A model generated the notes under the pieces. The model saw nothing but the letters and a program-made list of their open reading frames with translations, was not told the origin of the DNA and made no database searches. Positions 49,041 to 58,410 of a stretch of 64,000 bases of DNA are shown here, piece by piece. The position numbers were made by a program, and so were the translations under genes. Each line of letters begins with the position of its first letter. Position 1 is the stretch's first letter. The stretch is taken from contig JACCZE010000036.1 in assembly GCA_013696105.1 (NCBI GenBank), positions 13,891-77,890 of the forward strand, given 5' to 3'. Source of the stretch: Planctomycetota bacterium. GTDB taxonomy: Bacteria > Planctomycetota > UBA11346.

Positions 49041-50402
49041 ATGCGTTCCCTACTGCTCATCGCCCTCGCGACCGCCGTCGTCGGCCAGGACATCGGCCCC
49101 GAAGCGGCCGGTTGTTATCGGACCGGTTGCGACCCCAACCTGATCGGCGCCGTCGCGGGCATGGCCGGGGACCAGCGCGCGACCGCGTTGTTCAAGCAGC
49201 GCGGCCTGGACATCCTCTCGGTCACCTGGGAGGACACCGGCCGCTCGAAGAATTCCTGCTGGGGGCCGAACATCAGCGACCTCACCATCCAGGTGCTCGG
49301 CGGCCCGGACCGCGGCGGCGGCTGGTGCATGCCGGTGGTGCGCTATCCGAACTTCTCCGACAAGACCTGCGATGTCCCGATCGAGCGCTTCAAGGTGCTG
49401 GTCGGCAATCACGCGGGCTCGGCCCTGCGCGCGATCGATCTCGGCAGCTACCTGCGGGACTTCGCCTCGTACCAGACGCGGCCGACCGGGAGGATCCGCG
49501 GCTCGCTGATCGCCGAGCGCGATCGATCGGTCCTCGCCTCGGCGCAGGCCTGCTTCCTGCCCATCGCCCGCGGCGGCGAGGCGACCTTCGCCCCGGTGCT
49601 GTTCAACTACCAGTCGCGGCCCGGTTCGCCGGCCGTTCTCGCCATCATGGTGACGCCCGAAGGAACGTCGGCACAGGTGATCACGAACTCGTCGGCGGCG
49701 TCCGCCGGCGTCTGGCATGGCCAGCGCCTCTTCCACAACCGCTCCGGCGAGCGTGCGCCCCTGCGCGCGACGCGTCTGAGCGACACCGCATTGGCACAGC
49801 CTGCGGTCGATGGCAAGCCCGCGGCGACCGCATCCGCACCGTCGGCCGACGGCCTGTCGATGGTGCTGGTGATCCAGATCCCGCTGGTCGTTCCCGAACC
49901 GGTGTACCGCGCGGTCGAAAGCACGATGGCCTGCGATGCCGCAGCACCGGCAGCAGCATGCAAAGAGGCTGGCAGCGAGTCCGCGGTCGTGCAATCGGGG
50001 CCGGTCGAAGGCCCATGGATCGGTCTCGACGGCTGCACCATCGAACGCGACCTGCGCTTCCCGATCCGCGCCACGGTGCAGTTCTACCAGGCCACCGATC
50101 GCGCCGATCTGGCGTCCGACGACGTCGCGCGCGTCGCGGGTGCGATCGAGCGCATCTACCTGAAGGCGGATACCGTCGGCAGCCTGGTCGTCGACGGGGC
50201 CACCGGCCGACCGACCGAACACACCGCGCCCGCGATCACCTGGCCGCAGCCCTGGTGGCAGGGCGTGTGCGAGGGATACGCCTCCACCTCGGGCGAACCG
50301 TGGCAGACCGCGATCGCTCGCGTGCGCAGCCGGCTGGGCGAGTCCTGGCAGCCGGCGGATGCGCGCGAACTGCGCAACGCGCTGGCGCTGGCTCGACCCT
50401 GA
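49041..50402 (+). CDS. secreted protein of unknown function
   Basis: 453 aa. GGAGG lies 8 nt upstream of the ATG. Signal peptide MRSLLLIALATAVVGQ. Two globular halves are joined by an Ala/Pro/Ser linker. Balanced amino-acid composition, unlike the overlapping 1261-aa frame. I recognise no family motif. Confidence 0.6.
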   Translation: MRSLLLIALATAVVGQDIGPEAAGCYRTGCDPNLIGAVAGMAGDQRATALFKQRGLDILSVTWEDTGRSKNSCWGPNISDLTIQVLGGPDRGGGWCMPVVRYPNFSDKTCDVPIERFKVLVGNHAGSALRAIDLGSYLRDFASYQTRPTGRIRGSLIAERDRSVLASAQACFLPIARGGEATFAPVLFNYQSRPGSPAVLAIMVTPEGTSAQVITNSSAASAGVWHGQRLFHNRSGERAPLRATRLSDTALAQPAVDGKPAATASAPSADGLSMVLVIQIPLVVPEPVYRAVESTMACDAAAPAAACKEAGSESAVVQSGPVEGPWIGLDGCTIERDLRFPIRATVQFYQATDRADLASDDVARVAGAIERIYLKADTVGSLVVDGATGRPTEHTAPAITWPQPWWQGVCEGYASTSGEPWQTAIARVRSRLGESWQPADARELRNALALARP

Positions 50403-50464
50403 TCCTGCGGAACGATATCGTAGAGGCCGCACCGAGGATCCTCGGCGCGGCGTCTGCGCACAGG

Positions 50465-52693
50465 TCACGGCAGCCACGAGGCCAGCGTCGACGCCGGATC
50501 GGGACGCCACGACGCCAGCACCGAGCGCCCCTCCTCGTCGACGGGCACGAATCCGAAGCTGCTGGGGCCAGCGGCGACGCCGCTGAGCGATACCTGGTCG
50601 ATGGTCGCGAGGCACAGCGCGGTGGTGATGGTGCTGGTACACAACATCCCGACCTGCACCGAGCTGCCCATGGCGATGGTGATGCTGCCGACCTGCACCC
50701 ACGCCGGCACGGGCGCATCGGAGGCACGGTATCCGGTGATGACGTCGCCGGTGCGCACCAGCTTCAGCCACTGCGGGAACACCAGGCCGCTGCCGGGTCC
50801 CGGACCGTTGCTGGCGGTGCTGCCACCGACCGAGGCGCGCGTGCGGAATTTCACCCGCTCGCCGCTGTGGGTGACGATCAGGTTGGCGTGCGGCGCGTTC
50901 GCGTCGAGCGAGGCGCGGATCATGATCCCGGCCATCGACCACTCGGCCACGTTCTGCACCGAGGTCACCCGCGCGATCAGGGTGCCGTCGCCGGTGAGCG
51001 TGCGGTGGACGAAGCGGAACGACTCCGAGGTGCCATACAGATCGCTGCCGGCGCCGGAGATGGTGTACACCCCCGAATCCACCGAGGTGGCCCCGACCAG
51101 GCCGGTGGTGCCGATGTCGCGCGACGACCAGGTTGGCGCAGCGGCGGCGATCGTGACGCCGACCGCGGCCGACGTCGTGGTCGCTCCGCGGTTGTCGGTC
51201 GCCTTGGCGACCAGCGTGTGCGCACCGGTAACCGACGAATTCCACGTGCACGTGTACGGCGCGGTGGTGTCGACGCCGACCACGACGCCATCGGCCAGGA
51301 ACTCGACCTTGGCGATCGAGCCGTCGCTGTCGCTGGCGGAGGCTTGGATGGCGAAGGTCGTCGGGGCCACGAGCGATGTGCCGGCAGCGGGTGCAGTGAC
51401 GGCCACGCTGGGGGCCCGGTTGGCGATAGCACCGCGCGGAACTTCGACGATCGCATACACCAGGTTGTGGTCCGACGGGCGCACACCGACCTTGTAGGGA
51501 CCGTAGCTCTCGCCATCTCCGTTCGCGCTGCTCTCGACCACATTGAAACCGATGGGCGCACGCAGCGGAGTGGTGCGGTCGTCGGGCAGCTGCGACAAAC
51601 GCACCGTCATGCCGTGGGCGGCCAGGTCGGCCTCGGCGACCATGATGTAGTCCAGGGTCGATCCGCCGTGGGTGCCATTGCCGGGATTGCCGGTGAACCA
51701 CGACGCCAGGCTGGGGATCGAGCCCTTGGCTTCCAGCCAGCAGCTGACGTAGCGGGTCATCGGCACGGGGTGATAGGTGCCATCGGGCATGAGCTGGGTG
51801 GTGCCGGCGGTGGGATTGAGCATCCAGGCCGTGGTGGTCGAGGTCGGATTGGCGTTGAAGTCGCCCGCCACGAAACGCGGTCCGGGCAGCTGGTCGAGGA
51901 ACTCCTTGAGCTCGACGATCTGCTTCTGGCGCGCGATCGGATCGCTGTAGGTGACGCGTGTCGCGCAGTAGTGCACGGTCTTCCCGTTCACGTCCAGGGC
52001 CACGTGGTCGACCGCATAGGGCTTCGAGCCGTTCTCCTTGGCGGCGAAGACCCGGTGATCCTGCGGCAGGGTGTAGGTGAACGGGAAGCGCGAGATGATC
52101 GAGTTGCCCATGCCGGCGTCGGGCGAGAACTGGCGCTGGTACCAGGTCACTCCCGGCGTCAGCAGCTTCATCTGATCGACGAGGCGATCGGTGAATCCGC
52201 TACCGTTGGTCTCGTTCAGGGTGATGACGTCGGAGTTGATCAGGTACTTGGCGATGCGCGGATAGTTGCTCCCCATGCCATCGGTGCCGCGCGCGCTGCG
52301 CACATTCCAGTTGGCCAGGCGCAGCATGGTGGTGGTGGTTGGCGGCGCACTGATGGTGAAGCTCCGGGTCACGACCGCGCTGGCGCCGCGCGGAGTCTGC
52401 CGGTCGAAGGCCATGGTCTTCAGCGTCACCGCGCCCGGTCCCGTGATCACCAGCGGGGGATTGAACACCGGCGAGGCGGTGGTCGGCGTCGAACCGTCGA
52501 GCGTGTAATGGATATCGACGATGTCCGTGGCTGGCGCGTTCGCGACCGGCGGCACGTAGAGCGACACGAACACCGATGCGGGGAAGGTCCCGCCGTCGGG
52601 GGTTACGGTCGGCGCGGTTGCTGCGTGCGCCGCTGGAGCCAGCGCGATGACGAGACCGGCGAGCAGGCCGAGGGAATGGCGAGACGTGAGCAT
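50465..52693 (-). CDS. secreted endonuclease/exonuclease/phosphatase (EEP) family protein - Ig-like - ConA-like (DUF1349-type) domain
   Basis: Start at ATG 52693 (MLTSRHSLGLLAGLVIALAPAAHA). Chitobiase/FN3-associated-like N-terminal domain. EEP motifs LRLANWNVRS, ITLNETNG, GDFNA, RPSDHNLV. Ig-like unit at 51149..51421. C-terminal WSSRDIGTTGLVG...FRFVHRTLTGDGTLIARV...WSMAGIMIR. Confidence 0.8.
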   Translation of the reverse strand: MLTSRHSLGLLAGLVIALAPAAHAATAPTVTPDGGTFPASVFVSLYVPPVANAPATDIVDIHYTLDGSTPTTASPVFNPPLVITGPGAVTLKTMAFDRQTPRGASAVVTRSFTISAPPTTTTMLRLANWNVRSARGTDGMGSNYPRIAKYLINSDVITLNETNGSGFTDRLVDQMKLLTPGVTWYQRQFSPDAGMGNSIISRFPFTYTLPQDHRVFAAKENGSKPYAVDHVALDVNGKTVHYCATRVTYSDPIARQKQIVELKEFLDQLPGPRFVAGDFNANPTSTTTAWMLNPTAGTTQLMPDGTYHPVPMTRYVSCWLEAKGSIPSLASWFTGNPGNGTHGGSTLDYIMVAEADLAAHGMTVRLSQLPDDRTTPLRAPIGFNVVESSANGDGESYGPYKVGVRPSDHNLVYAIVEVPRGAIANRAPSVAVTAPAAGTSLVAPTTFAIQASASDSDGSIAKVEFLADGVVVGVDTTAPYTCTWNSSVTGAHTLVAKATDNRGATTTSAAVGVTIAAAAPTWSSRDIGTTGLVGATSVDSGVYTISGAGSDLYGTSESFRFVHRTLTGDGTLIARVTSVQNVAEWSMAGIMIRASLDANAPHANLIVTHSGERVKFRTRASVGGSTASNGPGPGSGLVFPQWLKLVRTGDVITGYRASDAPVPAWVQVGSITIAMGSSVQVGMLCTSTITTALCLATIDQVSLSGVAAGPSSFGFVPVDEEGRSVLASWRPDPASTLASWLP

Positions 52694-52909
52694 CGACGAT
52701 CTCCTGAGGGTGAGGCCGAGGCGGCCAGACCTATTGCTCAGAAGGAGCACGGCATTCCGCGACGGTCGTACCAGCAGCGGCCGGCGTCTCACACGTCGCA
52801 CGCATGAGCCGATGTCATCTCGGCTTAGCGCGTCATGGAAGGCTCTGCGTATCGGACTCCTCAGCCGAAATGCCGCCCGGCGATGGCCCCTGGGCGATCA
52901 CGCCGCGGT

Positions 52910-53596
52910 TCAGGCCTGCAACGACGCGATCAGATCGGCGAAGTCCATCACATACCAATCCGCCGCCGCGCGCACCTTCTCGCGCACGACCACGCCACCA
53001 TAGCCGATGAACAGATCCGCCGGCGGGCGGGCTTCCAGATCGGTGACTCCGTCGCCGATCATCACCAGCGGGCGGGAACCGTGCTGGACCGTGAGCTGCG
53101 CGATCGCCACGCCCTTGCCGCCCGAGCGTGCAGTGGGACAGGCCTCGTCGACGCCGATGCACGAGCCGTCGGCGGCGAAGACGAAACGATTGGCGATCAC
53201 GTGCGCGTCGTCCAGGCCCAGCGCGCGCGCGAGCGGTGTGATCATCTGCACGAATCCGCCCGAGATCAGGTAGACCTGTGTTCCGCGTCGACGCAGCGCG
53301 GCCACCAGAGTCCCGATCCCGGGCGTCAGCCGCGGCGGATGCGCCGCCAGGCAGCTCTCCAGGAGGGCGCGCGTGGGCTCGATGATCGCGAGACGCTCGC
53401 GCAGCGCGTCCTCGAAAAGCACCGCGCCCCCCATCGCCGCGCGGGTGAGCTCGGCGACCTCGGCCCCGACGCCCGCATGAGCGGCCAGCACGTCGATGCC
53501 CTCGTCGGGGCTGACCGTGCTGTCGACGTCGAAGCACACCGCCTGGGCGGAGCGCCAGACGGCGAGGACGGCGGGGGAAGGAGCCGATGCGGTCAT
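52910..53596 (-). CDS. serB: phosphoserine phosphatase (HAD-IB)
   Basis: 228 aa. AVCFDVDSTVSPDEGIDVLA (DxDxT), YLISGGF, GGKGVAI, MIGDGVTDLEA. Collinear with PSPH/SerB-type enzymes. Confidence 0.8.
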   Translation of the reverse strand: MTASAPSPAVLAVWRSAQAVCFDVDSTVSPDEGIDVLAAHAGVGAEVAELTRAAMGGAVLFEDALRERLAIIEPTRALLESCLAAHPPRLTPGIGTLVAALRRRGTQVYLISGGFVQMITPLARALGLDDAHVIANRFVFAADGSCIGVDEACPTARSGGKGVAIAQLTVQHGSRPLVMIGDGVTDLEARPPADLFIGYGGVVVREKVRAAADWYVMDFADLIASLQA

Positions 53597-53664
53597 GCCG
53601 CGCCTATGGGATCATGCGGGAGGCCTCAGGGCAATGGCTTCCCCTGGACGCCGCGACGCCCTCA

Positions 53665-54192
53665 TTACTTCTTGGCTTGCTGCTGCTTGGGCTGGCCTCC
53701 CTCGGCCGCCTCCTCGGAAGCGTTCCAGTCGTCGATCGCGACCGACTTGGCGTCGATGTTGTTCCATTCGATCTTCTGGAAGGTGAACGAGATCTCCTCG
53801 TAGAATTCCTGGCGAGATTCCACCTGGCTGGAGTCCGGAACCATCAGCTTGGCCGAAGCGATGGTCGCATCGCTCAGGACGACGCGGAAATAGACCTTCT
53901 CCGAGCCATCCGCCGCGGTGCGGACGAACGAGAACTCGACGGTGGTGAGGACCTCGTTGGTGCACAACGCCTTCGCGATGAGCGGAGTCGAAGCGCCGAC
54001 CTTCTTGCGGATCAGCACCGGTGAGTGGCGGCGCCGGCCGCTGGCCTGCCCGGTGAGCGGATCGCGCGGTGAACCGATGGCGGACTCGAAGTAGAAACCT
54101 TCCATCTGGTCCGCGAATTTGGTGCGCGTGCTCTCACCCTTGAACTTTCCGGTCCTGGTTCCGGTGATGGAGATGTAGAATTCGTATGCCAT
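53665..54192 (-). CDS. hcp: type VI secretion tube protein Hcp
   Basis: 175 aa. MAYEFYISITGTRTGKFKGEST...HSPVLIRKKVGASTPLIAKALCTNEVLTTVEFSF...ISFTFQKIEW is a typical Hcp pattern. It carries a charged C-terminal tail. Confidence 0.9.
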   Translation of the reverse strand: MAYEFYISITGTRTGKFKGESTRTKFADQMEGFYFESAIGSPRDPLTGQASGRRRHSPVLIRKKVGASTPLIAKALCTNEVLTTVEFSFVRTAADGSEKVYFRVVLSDATIASAKLMVPDSSQVESRQEFYEEISFTFQKIEWNNIDAKSVAIDDWNASEEAAEGGQPKQQQAKK

Positions 54193-54244
54193 GGGATGTT
54201 CCGATCAGTGGATGTGAGTAGGAGATGGGCGGCAGGCGGATCGA

Positions 54245-55084
54245 TCAATCGTTCTCGGATCTGATGCCGAGGGATTGCCAGAGCTGGCTCTTCGCTTCGG
54301 GTGCACGCGACAGCAGTTCGGCGAAGACGTCCTCGAACGATTTACCGCTCCAGTCGAGGGCCCGCTGCAGCAGCGGGCCGATCGGACTGTGCGGCTCAGC
54401 GCGCGAGAAGTACTCGGATGCTGCCGTGAGATGCGCGACGGCCGCTGCGCGGTCGGGTGGTGCGGCGATCATGGTCGATGGCTCCGGTCGATCGGACATG
54501 GTCTGGACTCCATGAGCTGGATCGGGGGGCGTAGGAAGAGGCGCGTTGAACGCTCGACGCAGTGCGCCCAGACCGCAATCGTCGCTGCCGAAGCGCTCCG
54601 CGCACACCTCCCAGAGCTCGTCGATGGCAGCACGGCATCGCTCGTGCGCTTGCGCCCCGCCAGCCGCAGGAAGGCCTTGGACGAGGCGTTCGGACATCCA
54701 CTGCAATGCCGCCCGTCGCGCGCGCGGACGGCCGACCGGGTGGAGGCCCGCCCAATGGACGCGGATGAGATCCCGCACGATCGCGACCCCGTCGGCCAAT
54801 CCGTCGAGTCCGGCGGTACGATGCAGAGCCACCGCAAGGTAGGCTGCAGCCAGCAGGTCCTTCGACCGGGACAGCACGGCAACGGCATCATCGCGGACTG
54901 CCGACCACGAGACGCCGTCTCCGTGGAGCGCATCGCACTTCGCGATCTCGGCCTCCAGACGCAAAAAGATCGGCTCGTACCGTATGGATGGACCACAAGC
55001 GGATGGACCACAAGGCTGATCGACATCGATCGACGGGGCTCCCGATCGCCTGTGATCGACTCCAGCGGCGGCTACTCCGGTCAT
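54245..55084 (-). CDS. tssA: type VI secretion protein TssA-like (ImpA N-terminal domain)
   Basis: ATG 55084 forms ATGA with the tssM stop. GPSIRYEPIFLRLEAEIAK...WSAVRDDAVAVLSRSKDLLAAAYLAVAL matches the ImpA_N pattern. Only 279 aa. The track ORF start at 55432 lies inside tssM. Confidence 0.7.
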   Translation of the reverse strand: MTGVAAAGVDHRRSGAPSIDVDQPCGPSACGPSIRYEPIFLRLEAEIAKCDALHGDGVSWSAVRDDAVAVLSRSKDLLAAAYLAVALHRTAGLDGLADGVAIVRDLIRVHWAGLHPVGRPRARRAALQWMSERLVQGLPAAGGAQAHERCRAAIDELWEVCAERFGSDDCGLGALRRAFNAPLPTPPDPAHGVQTMSDRPEPSTMIAAPPDRAAAVAHLTAASEYFSRAEPHSPIGPLLQRALDWSGKSFEDVFAELLSRAPEAKSQLWQSLGIRSEND

Positions 55085-58000
55085 GGGCCGATCCCTTCGG
55101 GGCATGCGAATCCTGCGAACAAGTCGCCGACCAATGCGCGCTCGAAGCCATTGCCGGATAGCACCGCATCGGTCTTGAATTCCGCTTTGGCCCCCACCGC
55201 CTGGCTGGGAAATCGCCACGAGCACACATAGCTGCCATCGGGACGGCGCGACGGCTCGCCTGCTCGGATCAGCCGGAAGATGCCCCACGGCTGGCTGGTG
55301 AAATCCTTCGCCAGGATCTGGCTGGTGACGATCGTGATCGAGAGCTTCGCATCCATGCCAGCGCCCTCCTTCCACACGAACTGTCCGGTGGAATCCGGAC
55401 GATCGTACAAGGCGAACGTCTGACTGCCGCACGTGAGGACGACGTCCGTGACCCCTTCGCGCTGCTGCAAGGTCACGGTGAATGGCGCCGCGATGCGGTC
55501 GCCGCTGGGATAGAATCCCGCCTTGATCAGATTGCCCTTGGCGAGAAATGACTCATATGCCCCCGTTACCGGCAGAAACTCGCGGCCCGCCGCCTTGATT
55601 CGACGCAGATCCTCGATGGTGCCGACGACCGACCAGAAGGAGCCCGATACCGGATTGAACATGCGAGAGAAGGTGGCGAGCGGCACCGACTCCGCCGCCG
55701 CGGCATCGATCGGGAACCTGCCGGCGAAGTCGGAATGGAATGGCTTCACCACGCGTTCATGCCAGGTGGCATTCTGCTCGGCGAGGAGCTCGTTCGACAA
55801 CGCGGCGACGATCGATTGGAGCAGATTCCGGATGCCCTTCTGCGCAGCGCTGCGCCGCGCATTGCTCTCGATCGCCTGCGTCCCGGCACTGCAGGCCGAG
55901 GCGGCGCTCTCGACCGCTTCGGCGAACTGCTGCAGCTTCTTCAGGTCATCCGAACGGTGCCGTGGGTCGGTCACGGCCAGGAACTTCTCGACGTCCTTGC
56001 GCAGCACGTCCAGCGCCGCGAACACGCCGTCGATCCACTTGAGATCGCCAGAGCCGGTCAAGATGCGCAGATCAGGCCCCACGATCTGCAGATGATGCGC
56101 CTTCCACACCTCCTTCACGAACTCGCGGTACGGCGACTGGGGGCCAGTGATGGCGGCGAGCTTCGACGGTACCGCGGCGAGGTCCGGTAGTCCCGCGATG
56201 CGCGTGCCCGCCAGGAATCCCAGCCAATGTTGATCGAAATCGTCGCTGAATTGCCGAGTGAGCCGTTCGCGTATTTCACGAGACGACTTGTCGACGCGCA
56301 GCTGGCGGAAACGCTGCGCGATCTCATCGCTCTTGGTCTCGATCGCTCCGGCAAGGACGGTATCCCAGCCCTTCTGGCTGTAGATGGCCGAGAAATCTCC
56401 GCTGATGTCCAGAGTCTCGCGGAACGGGCCAAAGATGAACGCATCACGACGGATGGTGGGGAATCCCCCCTGCAGGCTGTTGATGATGTCGTCGTAGGCC
56501 TGGCGCAACCAGAGCGCATCGCCGAGCTCGAAATTCACCTTCTCGACCAGGTGACGATCGCAGGCGATCGCCCAACCGTCGGTATCACCCATGTGCTCGA
56601 GCAGGAAGCCGAGCTGCTGACGGGCGAAGCGATCCGCATCCCCAGAGGCGGGCGACCCGCTGGAATCCAGGCCGGAGAACCACCGACGATCATCGAGCAG
56701 CACGCGCTCGAGTAGCCGCGCATCCGGCGTCAAAGAACCTCCGAGCATCTGATAGGCGCGATGGACATCGTACAGTTCGTCTGCTGGGGCTGATCCAGGA
56801 GATTGCGATCCCGCCCGCGTGCGGAGGCGCTCGATGTCGCGATGCAGGCGCTCGCCGCAAGGATCGATCATCAACTGCTTCACGCCGCGATAATAGACCT
56901 CGGATACCAGGGACTTCAGCCGCGCCAAGCCTGCGTGGCGATGGCTCGCCACATCCGCGAGGACATAGCTCAAGCCATCGAGCGCGACGAGCGTGGACGC
57001 GGCATCGCCCTTCGCGCGCTGGACCTCGTGCACCTTCTGAACCGGGAATTTCCCGCCATGGACGAGGTTCACGGCGCTCACCCCCGAGATCAGCATCCAG
57101 GCGGCAGCGACGGCACCGCACGCAGGGATCCCTCCCTGCAGCATCCAGCGCGCGACAGTCGCTCGCTGGCGTCGACGTGCGGATGGACCAGCCAGTGCCG
57201 CATCTGCGACGACCACGCTCTCGAACACCTCGCGGAGGAAGAGACCCGATCGGACCACGGACGGCGGCTGCCGTCTCAGCACGTCCAAGTCGGTCACTTT
57301 CAGAAAGATGCTCGCCTGCAGGTCGCCCGTCAGGCGCGGCGCGGCGGCCAGCGGCTGCCGCGACAGCGCCGGCCTCGTCTGCTGGACGCTGCTGGTGAAA
57401 TGGCAGCTGCGCAGGAGCCAGGCACCCGTGGTGCCCGACGGGCGATCGGCCATCCGATTCGCCAAGGCCTGCACCCAGGTGAGGACGGCGGAGAACTGTG
57501 CGGGGAACTGGAAGATCTTGCGCCGCTGGTCGTCGGTACTGGTCGCCGCGAGCGTCGCCAGACGTCGCGTGCGCAATGCCGCGCACAGCGTTCCCAGTCC
57601 CGCACCCAGCTGATCGCCATCGATCACTGCGCCCCATGGCGCATCGCGTTCAGCGGGCGTCCCTCCGGTGAAGAAATCCTTGAAGCCGCCGATCATATCG
57701 CACTTCGTCAGCATCAGGTGCACCGGGATGCGAGCATCCAGGTTCGCACACGCCTCATCGAGGTGGTCGCGCAACGCGTGCGCCTCAGTGCTGATGGCAG
57801 CATCGTCCTTCTTGATCAGGTCGGCGATATCCAGTGCGACGATGATTCCATGGATAGCCGTCCCCCTGCGAGCCCGCCGCACCGACGCGAGGAATTGCAG
57901 CCATTCTGTTCGCGACGCCGGATCACCGAGATAGCGACCAGAGGTATCCAGGAACGCGCCGCGCTCACCGAACCACCACTGGCAATGAGCGGTGCCCTGT

Positions 58001-58410
58001 CCGACCTGAGGGAGCGCATGGCTGAGGGTGGACAGGTCCACACCCGACTCCTCCAGCGCTGAGGTCTTGCCCGCGCCGCTGCGGCCGATCACCAGGAACC
58101 AGGGCATGTCGGTGAACACCGTCCGCGCGAATGGCGAATGCTTCAATGCGCTCACCGCGGTGGCGAATTCCCGACGCATCTCCTGGCACGAAGCGATGGC
58201 TGCCTCCTGCTTTGGATCTCGGGTAGCGGTCGCCCGCGCGCGCAGGATGCGGCGTACGAGGTAGACGCTCAACCATCCCATGGTGATCAGCGCCGACAGC
58301 AGTGTCAGCGCGCGCGCATCGAGTCGGACCAGCGCTCCAGCACCCCAGATGGCCAGCACCGCGGCCGCCAGAGTGCCGACGTATTTGAACTCACGCGACA
58401 GAGGATTCAT
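55081..58410 (-). CDS. tssM: type VI secretion membrane-complex protein TssM (IcmF)
   Basis: 1109 aa. N-terminal TMs, Walker A GRSGAGKTSAL, IcmF-related central and C-terminal regions. Confidence 0.9.
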   Translation of the reverse strand: MNPLSREFKYVGTLAAAVLAIWGAGALVRLDARALTLLSALITMGWLSVYLVRRILRARATATRDPKQEAAIASCQEMRREFATAVSALKHSPFARTVFTDMPWFLVIGRSGAGKTSALEESGVDLSTLSHALPQVGQGTAHCQWWFGERGAFLDTSGRYLGDPASRTEWLQFLASVRRARRGTAIHGIIVALDIADLIKKDDAAISTEAHALRDHLDEACANLDARIPVHLMLTKCDMIGGFKDFFTGGTPAERDAPWGAVIDGDQLGAGLGTLCAALRTRRLATLAATSTDDQRRKIFQFPAQFSAVLTWVQALANRMADRPSGTTGAWLLRSCHFTSSVQQTRPALSRQPLAAAPRLTGDLQASIFLKVTDLDVLRRQPPSVVRSGLFLREVFESVVVADAALAGPSARRRQRATVARWMLQGGIPACGAVAAAWMLISGVSAVNLVHGGKFPVQKVHEVQRAKGDAASTLVALDGLSYVLADVASHRHAGLARLKSLVSEVYYRGVKQLMIDPCGERLHRDIERLRTRAGSQSPGSAPADELYDVHRAYQMLGGSLTPDARLLERVLLDDRRWFSGLDSSGSPASGDADRFARQQLGFLLEHMGDTDGWAIACDRHLVEKVNFELGDALWLRQAYDDIINSLQGGFPTIRRDAFIFGPFRETLDISGDFSAIYSQKGWDTVLAGAIETKSDEIAQRFRQLRVDKSSREIRERLTRQFSDDFDQHWLGFLAGTRIAGLPDLAAVPSKLAAITGPQSPYREFVKEVWKAHHLQIVGPDLRILTGSGDLKWIDGVFAALDVLRKDVEKFLAVTDPRHRSDDLKKLQQFAEAVESAASACSAGTQAIESNARRSAAQKGIRNLLQSIVAALSNELLAEQNATWHERVVKPFHSDFAGRFPIDAAAAESVPLATFSRMFNPVSGSFWSVVGTIEDLRRIKAAGREFLPVTGAYESFLAKGNLIKAGFYPSGDRIAAPFTVTLQQREGVTDVVLTCGSQTFALYDRPDSTGQFVWKEGAGMDAKLSITIVTSQILAKDFTSQPWGIFRLIRAGEPSRRPDGSYVCSWRFPSQAVGAKAEFKTDAVLSGNGFERALVGDLFAGFACPEGIGP

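Noticed and set aside
49022-52807. 1261-aa ORF on the plus strand, the longest plus-strand ORF in this part of the window
   Set aside because: Its translation is Arg/Gly/Ala/Pro/His-rich noise. It is out of frame with the well-formed 453-aa gene (49041..50402) and antisense to the EEP-family gene (50465..52693). This is a typical high-GC open-frame artefact.
53597-53664. Rho-independent terminator after hcp
   Set aside because: The only pairing (GGGGAAGCC / GGCCTCCC on the transcript strand) has a mismatch and no U-tract. That is too weak to call.
55085-55432. 116-codon N-terminal extension of the TssA-like ORF
   Set aside because: It lies entirely inside tssM in another frame. The ImpA_N homology starts after the Met at 55084, which forms an ATGA overlap with the tssM stop.
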